Assembly: GCA_963749915.1 (NCBI GenBank)
Contig: CAVVOP010000021.1
Location: forward strand, 128,001-192,000
DNA: 64,000 nucleotides
Origin: an uncultured cyanobacterium
GTDB taxonomy: Bacteria > Cyanobacteriota > Cyanobacteriia > Cyanobacteriales > Cyanobacteriaceae
Reading direction: 5' to 3'
Shown in pieces: positions 35,127 through 43,884 of this stretch. Position 1 is the stretch's first letter. Every line of letters starts with the position of its first letter. The notes under the pieces were generated by a model that saw only the letters and a program-made list of their open reading frames with translations, ran no database searches and was not told where the DNA came from. The translations under genes and the position numbers were made by a program.

Positions 35127-35225
35127 TTGAACATCAAGTTCGACTTCTTTGAACCTGATATATTTAGTAAAACCTACTGCTAACTGAGTTCAAACCTGAG
35201 ATTTACTGACTTGTTTCTAACTTGT
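35127..35225 (-). promoter_or_regulatory. 99-bp non-coding module, left copy (inverted relative to 49714-49812)
   Basis: Reverse complement aligns to 49714-49812 without gaps, 8 mismatches; rich in AAGTC/AAGTT and TTGAAC/GTTCAA motifs. Confidence 0.75.
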
Positions 35226-35295
35226 GACTCCTTTTGTTCTGACTTTTACTTTGGTTATGACTTTGATGCTGTAGAATTTAGACAGTTGTGATGAG

Positions 35296-36603
35296 GTGCT
35301 TATGCCCAGATCCCTCAAAGTTAAAAGTAATTGCCTTGACAAAGTCAAACTGGCCCTCAGACGTAATGGCTTTCCCAGCCAACGCTCTTTGGCGGAGGAG
35401 GTAGGATATGCTCTAGCCACAGTCAGTAATTTCCTAACTGGTAAACCTGTTGACTATACAACTTTTACAGAACTCTGTCACAGATTGGCTCTGGAGTGGA
35501 AAGAAATCGCCGATCTAAATTTTGAGGTTTCATCCCCCACTAGAGATAAAAAGGCTGAATCCTCTGATTGGACAGATGCCAACCAGAACAAGTCTCCTTG
35601 CTACCCTAGTGGTTCAGTCCCGCTAGATTCTCCTTTTTATCTAGAACGCCCTTCTATTGAGGAAGAAATTTGTCAAGAAATCACGAAACCAGCATCCTTA
35701 GTACGGATTAAAGCACCGAGGGAAATGGGCAAGACTTCACTGCTGTTGAGGATTCTGGACTATGCTCAACACCAGGGCTACCGAACTGTCAGCCTGAACC
35801 TGGAACAAGTTGACCAGTCTATCTTGAAAGATTCGGATAAATTTTTACGCTGGCTGTGTACCAACATTGCCCACCAGCTTCAACTACAAGCGAGGCTAGA
35901 CGAGTATTGGGATGAAGATCTGGGGAGCAAAATTAGCTCCACTCTCTACCTCCAAGGCTATCTACTAGAGCAAATTGATACTCCCCTCGTCTTGGCGTTA
36001 GATGAGGTGAACCAGATTTTCGAGCATTCCCCAGTGGCGAAGGATTTTTTACCTCTGTTGCGTTCTTGGTACGAAGAAGGGAAAAGACTGGACATCTGGA
36101 AAAAGCTCCGCCTGATTGTGGTTCACTCGACGGAAATTTACGTTCCCCTTCAGTTAAATCAGTCACCCTTCAATGTGGGACTGCCAGTTCAGTTAAACCA
36201 CTTCAGTCTGGATGAGGTAGAGCAATTAGCCCAACGCTACGAAATCGAATGGGTAGATGCCTCCGAAGCCAGACAACTAATGGATCTCGTTGGAGGACAT
36301 CCCGCACTGGTGCATACAGCACTCTATCACCTGAGTCATGGGGAGATAAATCTGTCGCAACTGCTGGAAACTGCCCCTACAACTACAGGAATTTATTCTC
36401 ATCACTTGCAGCGCCATAGGGTAACTTTAGAAAAAGAACCGGAATTAGCCAGTGCCCTTCATACTGTCATGAATGCCACTGAGCCAGTGGAATTAGAACT
36501 GAACGCTGCTTATAAGTTAAATAGTATGGGGCTAATTAAACAGTTAGGGAATAAAGCGATCACAGGTTGTGAGTTGTATCGTCAGTATTTTAAGAACCCT
36601 TAA
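35296..36603 (+). CDS. N-terminal HTH + AAA_35 (STAND-like) ATPase, putative transcription regulator
   Basis: HTH SQRSLAEEVGYALATVSNFLTGKPVD; GSVPLDSPFYLERP, KAPREMGKTS (Walker A), LALDEV (Walker B), SPFNVG. Confidence 0.88.
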   Translation: MLMPRSLKVKSNCLDKVKLALRRNGFPSQRSLAEEVGYALATVSNFLTGKPVDYTTFTELCHRLALEWKEIADLNFEVSSPTRDKKAESSDWTDANQNKSPCYPSGSVPLDSPFYLERPSIEEEICQEITKPASLVRIKAPREMGKTSLLLRILDYAQHQGYRTVSLNLEQVDQSILKDSDKFLRWLCTNIAHQLQLQARLDEYWDEDLGSKISSTLYLQGYLLEQIDTPLVLALDEVNQIFEHSPVAKDFLPLLRSWYEEGKRLDIWKKLRLIVVHSTEIYVPLQLNQSPFNVGLPVQLNHFSLDEVEQLAQRYEIEWVDASEARQLMDLVGGHPALVHTALYHLSHGEINLSQLLETAPTTTGIYSHHLQRHRVTLEKEPELASALHTVMNATEPVELELNAAYKLNSMGLIKQLGNKAITGCELYRQYFKNP

Positions 36604-36642
36604 GTACAATTTTAGTTTTGAATTACAAAAGTTAATAAAGTA

Positions 36643-36758
36643 AGTGCTACTGATCTTGTAGAATCAGATTCTATCTGGGATTAAAAGTTGAGCAGTCTAG
36701 AGCTGATTAAAAATAAGGAAATGAAGCGATCGCAGGTTGTGAATTGTATCGGCAGTTT
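36643..36758 (+). pseudogene. Decayed duplicate of the AAA_35 gene 3' end
   Basis: AAGCGATCGCAGGTTGTGAATTGTATCGGCAGT closely matches AAGCGATCACAGGTTGTGAGTTGTATCGTCAGT at the end of the upstream gene. Confidence 0.6.
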
Positions 36759-36801
36759 GACCTAAAAGAATAACTAACTAGAGTGGGGTTTTGAGATTGA
36801 C

Positions 36802-39085
36802 GTGATTAAAAAGCCACGATTAAAAAATAGCTTCCGTTTTGAACAACTCGATTCAGAAGGTATCTTTTTACTGTCTGAAAAAGGAACAACATTCCTAAGC
36901 AATCCTTTGTTGCAAAAGTTGATCCCCTTGATTGATGGCAAGCTCACTGAGTCAGAAATTGTTGACCAACTCCGCCAGGAATTTCCAGAGGCTTATATTT
37001 TTTATGCTCTTATGGAGCTGGAGCAAAATGGGTTTATCGTTGAGAACGAGCAAGTTTTAGACCCGAACTTCGCTTTATTTTGCGAGTCTTTGTCTGTTGA
37101 TGCCAAAGATGCTTGTAAGCAATTGCAATCTACTCGAGTTGGACTTAGAGCTTTGGGGTCTTTATCCTGCGAGAATTTGAAAGAAAGTTTAGGGCGATCG
37201 CAGAATCCAGGTTGCTGATAGTGGAGAGGGAGAGATTGAAGTTATTTTAACGGACGACTATTTGCGAGGAGAATTAGAAGCAATTAATCGGGCTAATCTC
37301 GAAAAATCTCGGTCGTGGATGTTGGTTAAACCCGTCGGGACTTCCCTTTGGCTCACGATCTTCAATCCCGAGAAAACTGGATGTTGGGAATGTTTAGCAC
37401 AGCGATTGCGAAACAATAGACCCTCAGAAAGATTTATCCAGCGACGCAGAGATAGCGTTTCCCCTTTAACGCCACCCCAGGTTGATCTACCGACAACTCA
37501 ACAAACGGCTGTGGCAATGGCGACCAATGAAATTCTCAAATGGATTCTCCTAGGAACAAATAAACGACTGGAAGGGGTAATTGTAACCTATGACACCCTA
37601 TCTCTAGCAATTCAAAATCACGTCCTCATCAAACGTCCTCAATGTTCCTATTGTGGATACCTCAAACCTCAGCACGCCCCCCTTGAGGCATTCGCTGTGC
37701 GACCTCGCCCTTTACCAGTCATTCTCGGCAGCCGTCAGAAAAGGTTTACCAGCGATGGCGGACATCGTTGTATTTCCCCCGAGGAAACCCTAAAACGCTA
37801 TCAATACCATATCAGTCCCCTATCGGGCGTTGTGCGTTCTTTGGAAAAGCTGCCTGACGATTGTAAAGGTCTGGCTCATATCTATACGGCCAAGCATCAT
37901 TGGGCCTGCATGTTTGACGATTTAGATAATTTGCAAAAAAATATTGGCGGGAGAAGTTCTGGCAAAGGCAGAACGGAGTTTCAAGGCCAAGCCAGTGCTT
38001 TTTGTGAAGCGATCGAGCGCTACTCCGGTATTTTTCAAGGCGATGAAGTGAAGATCGAGAGTAGCTACCACCAGCTCGGCGATCGGGCAATTCATCCCAA
38101 TGCTTGCATGCACTTCAGTGAGGCTCAATATGACAATCGAGAGCCATGGAATGCCCAACATGCCGATCTGTTTCAGAAAGTCCCGGATCCTTTTGATCAA
38201 GCCAGAGAAATTGAGTGGACTCCACTTTGGTCTTTAACCCAGCAAGAGTTTAAATATTTACCCACAGCCTATTGTTTTTTTGGCTATCCCAAGCCAGTCA
38301 ATCCTGACTGTTGGGCGAATACCAATGGCTGTGCTGCAGGGAACACTCTGGAAGAGGCAATTTTACACGGTTTTTTGGAATTGGTGGAGCGAGATAGCGT
38401 GGCCTTGTGGTGGTACAATCGCCTTCAAAAGCCGAGAGTCGATTTAGAGAGCTTTGACGAAACTTATTTTCAAGCCATAACCAACTATTATCAGTCCATT
38501 GGGCGAGAACTTTGGGTGATCGATCTAACTGCGGATCTTAATATTCCGACGTTTGCCGCCATTTCTCGGCGGCGAGATCGCCAGGTAGAAGATATTATTT
38601 TCGGGTTTGGCGCTCATTTGGACTCCAAGTTAGCCATACAAAGAGCACTAACAGAAATCAGTCAAGTGCTTCCAGCAGTTTTTAGTGCGAATCCTGACGG
38701 TACGACTCGATATGCGATTTCGGCTGGATCTCATGTATTACAATGGTGGAAAACGGCAACATTAGAAAACCACCCTTACTTAGTCCCAGATCTCCGCGTT
38801 CCCCCTAAATGTAACTCTGACTATGGGAGTGTCTGGCATGAGGATTTCTTAGAAGATATAAAATACTGTCAGCAACTGGTGGAAGAAAAGGGCATGGAAA
38901 TGCTCGTTCTCGACCAAACGCGCCCCGATATCGGTCTAAATGTCGTTAAAGTCGTCGTGCCAGGTTTACGACATTTCTGGAAGCGGTGGGGTGCGGGACG
39001 GCTTTATAATGTTCCCGTCCAAATGGGTTGGCTTGAGAAACCCTTGACGGAGGAAGAAATGAACCCAATTCCGCTGTGGATGTAA
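36802..39085 (+). pseudogene. TOMM-type fused leader-binding/E1-like + YcaO cyclodehydratase (~760 aa), one +1 frameshift near 37204
   Basis: Removing one A in CAGAATCCAG joins the two ORFs (..RSQIQVADSGEGEIEVILTDDYL..). Motifs: TGCWECLAQRL, SDGGHR, SGKG..Q..ASAFCEAIERYSG, NGCAAGNTLEEAILHGFLELVERD, Pro-rich end NPIPLWM. Confidence 0.9.
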
Positions 39086-39245
39086 TAATTAGGGCGAGGT
39101 CGCTTCGCTCGTCCCCCAAGCACGGCGTATTGGGTTGAAATTAAAGACAAGGGCGATATTGATTCAACCAATGAACTTGCCCTAAGCAATCCTCTGATTG
39201 AGTCTATAAAATTGAACGGAACTCAAATTTTTAAAGCGAAACCAA

Positions 39246-39282
39246 ATATATCATTGACGATATATATTTTTTATGTTAGGTT
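39246..39282 (+). promoter_or_regulatory. TA promoter with operator palindrome
   Basis: TTGACG-17 nt-TAGGTT with TGn extension; ATATATC-N6-GATATAT straddles the -35. Confidence 0.55.
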
Positions 39283-39288
39283 TACATC

Positions 39289-39648
39289 ATGAGTTGGATA
39301 GTAGAATTTCACCCATCATTCAAAGAAGAGTTCAAGATGTTTTCAGAAAACGTCCAAGATGCTCTTTTAGAAGACTTGGAAGTTCTCGAAGAATTTGGAC
39401 CACATCTTGGTCGTCCGGCAGTTGATACACTTAAAAACTCTAAGCATAGTAATATGAAAGAGCTTAGATTCAATGCTGATGATGGAGTATGGAGAATGGC
39501 TTTTGCCTTCAATCCAGAAAGGAAAGCTATCTTATTAGTTGCAGGAGATAAATCAGGAACAAGTAGTCAAAGGTTTTATAAACAGCTTATCAAAAAGGCT
39601 GACCAGCGGTTTGAAGACCACTTGCAAAGATTAAAGGAGAACAAATAA
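39289..39648 (+). CDS. RelE/HigB-like toxin (Gp49/DUF891 type)
   Basis: GPHLGRPAVDTLKNSKHSNMKELRF, AILLVAGDKSG. Confidence 0.88.
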   Translation: MSWIVEFHPSFKEEFKMFSENVQDALLEDLEVLEEFGPHLGRPAVDTLKNSKHSNMKELRFNADDGVWRMAFAFNPERKAILLVAGDKSGTSSQRFYKQLIKKADQRFEDHLQRLKENK

Positions 39649-40004
39649 TGAGCAAAGGACCATTATTACAAGATGTTTGGGACGCACTACCTGAAGAGAG
39701 AAAAGCGAAAATTAAGGCTCGTGCCAAGACAAAGATACAAACGTATAGAAACTTAGAAGCTATCAGAAAAGCTGCCGGATTAACGCAAGCCAAAATCGCA
39801 CAAGAATTAGATATGCCTCAAGGGAATGTTTCTCGCTTGGAAAAAAACTCTGATATGCTTTTGTCAACGCTTCAACGATATATAGAAGCCGCTGGTGGCA
39901 AATTAAATCTAACAGTAGAATTACCGGGCAAACCCCCTATCCCTCTTTCAGGTTTGGGAGACTTAATTGAGAATGGTGATGGGGTAAAGCATCCCCATTT
40001 ATAA
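39648..40004 (+). CDS. XRE-family HTH antitoxin
   Basis: IRKAAGLTQAKIAQELDMPQGNVSRLEK..DMLLSTLQRYIEA; start overlaps the toxin stop. Confidence 0.88.
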   Translation: MSKGPLLQDVWDALPEERKAKIKARAKTKIQTYRNLEAIRKAAGLTQAKIAQELDMPQGNVSRLEKNSDMLLSTLQRYIEAAGGKLNLTVELPGKPPIPLSGLGDLIENGDGVKHPHL

Positions 40005-40071
40005 GTTTGCTAACTTGATTCAGAGAAATCACCTTATGAACTCATTCCACTAATCATTTTAGAAATTTCCC

Positions 40072-41154
40072 ATGCTAAACGGCTATAAAATCATTGATGC
40101 AGACTCCCATGTTTACGAACCTCATTCTCTGTGGACAACCTATCTTGAACCTGCATTTCGCCATTTGGCTCCCACTCGGGATCTAAAAATTCAAGGGGAA
40201 TCGGTGATGAACAAATCTTCCCAAATGCTTATTGATGAGGGCGTTAAGCAGGTTAAGCGATCGCACCCTCTCTCTTTTGTCCAAGAATTTAACTCGGAAT
40301 CTCAAGTGCAAGCGATGTACCGGATGGGAGTCGATATTGCCTTTGTTTATCCGACCTACCTCTCATGGATTACCGGTGTCGATGCTATGCCTGCCCCACA
40401 AGTCGGGGCTTATATCCGGGCCTACAATAGTTGGCTGTACGACTTTTGCAGCTATAACCCAGCCATCTTAAAAGGGGTCGGGGTCGTTAATCTACACGCC
40501 CCCGAAGAAATGATTCCCGAATTGCGACGCATTGCAAGTTTTGGCTGGAAAGCTGTTTATTTACGCCCCAATCCCGTCAAGGGAAGGTTGCTCAACGATC
40601 CGGCTTACGAACTGTTTTGGACAGAATGCGAGAAACTTGATATCGCTGTCAGTCTCCACGAGACAACCCACAGCCGAGTTCCCAGTGCAGGAGCCGATCG
40701 CTTTTCCTCTCGTTTTGCCCTCCACGCCTGTTCTCACCCCATGGAACAGATGATGGCATTACTGGCACTCATTGAAGGGGGAGTTTTGGAAAGACATCCT
40801 CAACTCAGGGTAGGATTTCTAGAGTCGGGGTGCGGTTGGTTGCCTTACTGGTTGTGGAGACTCGATCGCGAGTACGAAGACTTACAGTGGGAGGTGGGTG
40901 ATCGTGTCAAGATGAAACCGTCAGATTATTTTCGCCGCCAGTGCTTTATTGCTGTGGAACCATCGGAAACTTATCTTCCCAAACTGTTAGAGGAACTCGG
41001 TGCAGATAATCTTATCTTTGGTTCCGATTATCCCCACATGGATCATAAACCAAATGTTGTTGACGATATGGTGGCACTGGAAGAAGAATTATCTAAACCA
41101 GTTCTCCAGAAAATCCTCTGGGATAATCCCAAGAGATTCTATGGTTTGGAATAA
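40072..41154 (+). CDS. Amidohydrolase family 2 metal-dependent hydrolase/decarboxylase
   Basis: IIDADSHVYEP, LH, GVLERHPQLRVGFLESGCGWLP, IFGSDYPH. Confidence 0.9.
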   Translation: MLNGYKIIDADSHVYEPHSLWTTYLEPAFRHLAPTRDLKIQGESVMNKSSQMLIDEGVKQVKRSHPLSFVQEFNSESQVQAMYRMGVDIAFVYPTYLSWITGVDAMPAPQVGAYIRAYNSWLYDFCSYNPAILKGVGVVNLHAPEEMIPELRRIASFGWKAVYLRPNPVKGRLLNDPAYELFWTECEKLDIAVSLHETTHSRVPSAGADRFSSRFALHACSHPMEQMMALLALIEGGVLERHPQLRVGFLESGCGWLPYWLWRLDREYEDLQWEVGDRVKMKPSDYFRRQCFIAVEPSETYLPKLLEELGADNLIFGSDYPHMDHKPNVVDDMVALEEELSKPVLQKILWDNPKRFYGLE

Positions 41155-41302
41155 CTTGTATTTTACCATTTGCATCAACGCCCCCTGAACTCTGAACCCT
41201 GAACTCCAAACTATTGTAATAGTTCTTAATATAGTTCCGATTTCTAACTGATAGACTAAATATTATTATAGAAAATATAAATTTAGGAGTAAATTAAATG
41301 CA

Positions 41303-42885
41303 ATGAAGCATGGTAACGAAAGCTTTTAAATTGAAGGTGGATTAATTGATGCCCCGTTGTTCCCCGAAGTGTTATTTCATGGGGAGAATGGACGTAGTGG
41401 GGTCATTCCCCGTGACCTCAAACCCAAGTCTGGCGAGCTACTTCCAAAGCCAACTCGCAAGTTTTGTCGGCTGTTTGAGAAAGGCGAGCAGCCATGTGCG
41501 GAAGGTTTGATCAAGCTAGGACTGAGCATGGAAACTGAAACAACCCAGGATTCTAACGATAATCAAAATACTGAGATCCCAGCAGGTTATACTTACTTGG
41601 GACAGTTCATTGATCATGACATCACACTAGACCGCAAAACTGAGCTCACAGTGAACGGAAATGTCGAGCCAGGTTGTATAGAAAACTTCCGTACTCCGAG
41701 TCTTGACCTAGACAGTCTCTACGGGAACGGGCCAGGTTGCGAAAACCAAAGTACTATACAACGATGACAAGAGAACCTTCAAATTGGCAAGACCAGCCCT
41801 GTTGAAAAGTACATTTAGGTAAAGGTGATCTTAGCACCCAAACGATTTGCCACGTCAAGGTGATGGTGCTGACTCTGGGAATCCAGAATATTATGTTGCG
41901 ATTATTGGTGACCATCGCAATGACGAAAATCTTGCCGTTGCGCAGACGCATCTGGCTTTTCTAAAATTTCACAATGCTCTCGCTGATGCTAAGATCCTGA
42001 CGAAATCTTTCGAGGAACTTCGTCGTGAAGTGACTCTGCACTATCAGGCTATTATTTTGACTGACTTCCTACCTAAAATTCTGGATCAGGAAGTTCTTAA
42101 TGATGTCTTGCAAAACGGACGAAAGTTCTATACTGATGACAAAAAAGATTGTATGCCAATCGAATTCTCAGTTGCAGCCCATCGGCTGGGACACAGTATG
42201 GTACGACCCAGCTATCAATGGAATAGGATACATAATGAAGCCACTTTGAAAGAACTCTTCGAGTTTTCTGGAGGAAGTGGTTCCAGAGGTCCAGAAGATA
42301 AACCGTTTGCGGATCGCGACACGTTACCATCAGATTGGATTATCAACTGGAAACTATTCTATGACCTCAGTGAAGTAGGTAAAGACTGTGATGAACAGTT
42401 GAATTACGCCCGTAAGCTAGACACTAACATAGCAGTGCAATTGAAAAAATTACCAGAATTCCAAAAGATGGCCGAGAAAGTCCCAGCTCCTCTCCTCTCA
42501 TTGGCAACTCGTAATCTACTACGAGGTCGACTTGTCTCTTTACCGAGTGGGCAGGAAGTCGCCGCAGCAGTGGGAGAAACTGCTTTAACCCCAGAGGAAA
42601 TTCTGAAGAAACGTGACAGAAGATCAAGCCAAAATTCTAAAAGACAAAGACCATGATTTCGATGAAGTCACACCATTGTGGTACTACATTTTGCGAGAAG
42701 CTATGGTACAAGCCAACGGTAATCATTTGGGGAAAGTGGGTAGCCGCATCGTAGCTGAAACTTTTGTAGGCTTGATTGAAAACAGTCCTATCAATGTTAG
42801 GAGTGAACGGCCAGCCCTATCTTTTTCCATGCGTGAGTTGCTAATGGAACTCCCGTATAAAGATATCAATCCATTAGGTTGCTAA
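41303..42885 (+). pseudogene. Peroxidase-cyclooxygenase (animal heme peroxidase) superfamily protein, multiply disrupted
   Basis: YTYLGQFIDHDIT, LDLDSLYG, IGDHRNDENL.VAQTH, EFSVAAHRLGHSMVR, LPSGQEVA, TPLWYYILREA. Early stop at ~41327 and frameshifts at ~41745-41845 and ~42610. Confidence 0.85.
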
Positions 42886-42977
42886 AAGATTTTTGTGCTC
42901 TATAATTAAGCACATTGGATTGAAACATCATTCATACTCAGACTGACAAGAATTAAATTTTTCAAGGAGAATCTACG

Positions 42978-43673
42978 ATGTTTGATTTTTACCGTACTCT
43001 TCCTCCAAGGGAACTAATGAACCATTCCACCTGGGGCGTATTTAAAAATTTTGGCGTTCAATATTCCAAACTCATGGCTTGGACATGGTTGAACATAGAT
43101 TTGGAGAACCAACAAGATGAGCAAAAATTGAGAAAAGGGTTCGTTCGCCTCCTTCAAAAGCAAGCCACGAATGCACAGGCTTATAGTAAGTGTCAGACTC
43201 CACCAGATGTACTAGATAAGGCAAAGGAAGCTTCTAAGAATATTAAACAGTTGCTCCTTGGTAAAAAAATAGAAACATCTGATATAGAAACATCTGATGA
43301 AAAAATCATCGAGCTAGCACAAATCGATCTAACCTTGTCAGAGGTTCTTCGAAAGTACACTGAACAACCTCTTATGACATCCTCCGATGGGGACGAGCAT
43401 GTACACAAAATGTTTGATGAAATGTTTAATGTGCAAGTAATTACCGATTCATTTGTTGGTAGCATTATTTATGCACCAGGCAAGGATTCAACCAGTGAAG
43501 ATAAAGATAAGTATATCATAGAACTTGCTGCTCCACCTCGTCCTGTATCCAGTGAAGATCCTTTTGCTTTGGTGTCAAATCAAGTGTTAGAAACCTGGAT
43601 TAATACACCCGATGACAAGCCCATCAAGTATGCAGGGCCTCCTTCTGCTTATATTCCGTGGTCGGCAAGCTGA
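42978..43673 (+). CDS. Hypothetical protein; candidate large NHLP/BMA_0021-like RiPP precursor
   Basis: AAGGAG RBS; YSKLMAWTW, PPRP, C-terminal GPPSAYIPWSAS; 15-bp tandem duplication (IETSD)x2 at 43269-43298. Confidence 0.55.
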   Translation: MFDFYRTLPPRELMNHSTWGVFKNFGVQYSKLMAWTWLNIDLENQQDEQKLRKGFVRLLQKQATNAQAYSKCQTPPDVLDKAKEASKNIKQLLLGKKIETSDIETSDEKIIELAQIDLTLSEVLRKYTEQPLMTSSDGDEHVHKMFDEMFNVQVITDSFVGSIIYAPGKDSTSEDKDKYIIELAAPPRPVSSEDPFALVSNQVLETWINTPDDKPIKYAGPPSAYIPWSAS

Positions 43674-43787
43674 ATACGATCGCCAGACTCTCTTGAAGAG
43701 AATCGCTTTCTGACTTTAGAGATACGTGCATCATCGCCTCTCAAATTTGAGAAATGTATCAGGTTAAGATGTCTCGAAATATTGAAA

Positions 43788-43828
43788 AACCTTTCGGATA
43801 TTATTCAATGCCCGAAAGGTTATTTTTA
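43788..43828 (+). terminator. Probable intrinsic terminator after 42978-43673
   Basis: AACCTTTCGG...CCGAAAGGTT stem followed by ATTTTTA. Confidence 0.65.
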
Positions 43829-43884
43829 TCTATAATTTTGTAAGCATCTCTTGAGAAATTTAATCTACAATAGATGATGAGTTT

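Noticed and set aside
37190..37220. Programmed frameshift in YcaO
   Set aside because: No slippery heptamer or homopolymer run at the site; a simple insertion or assembly error is more likely.
37699..39103. 13-bp inverted match GCGACCTCGCCCT (37699) / AGGGCGAGGTCGC (39091)
   Set aside because: Short, GC-rich and resembles dispersed cyanobacterial repeats; no evidence of a bounded element.
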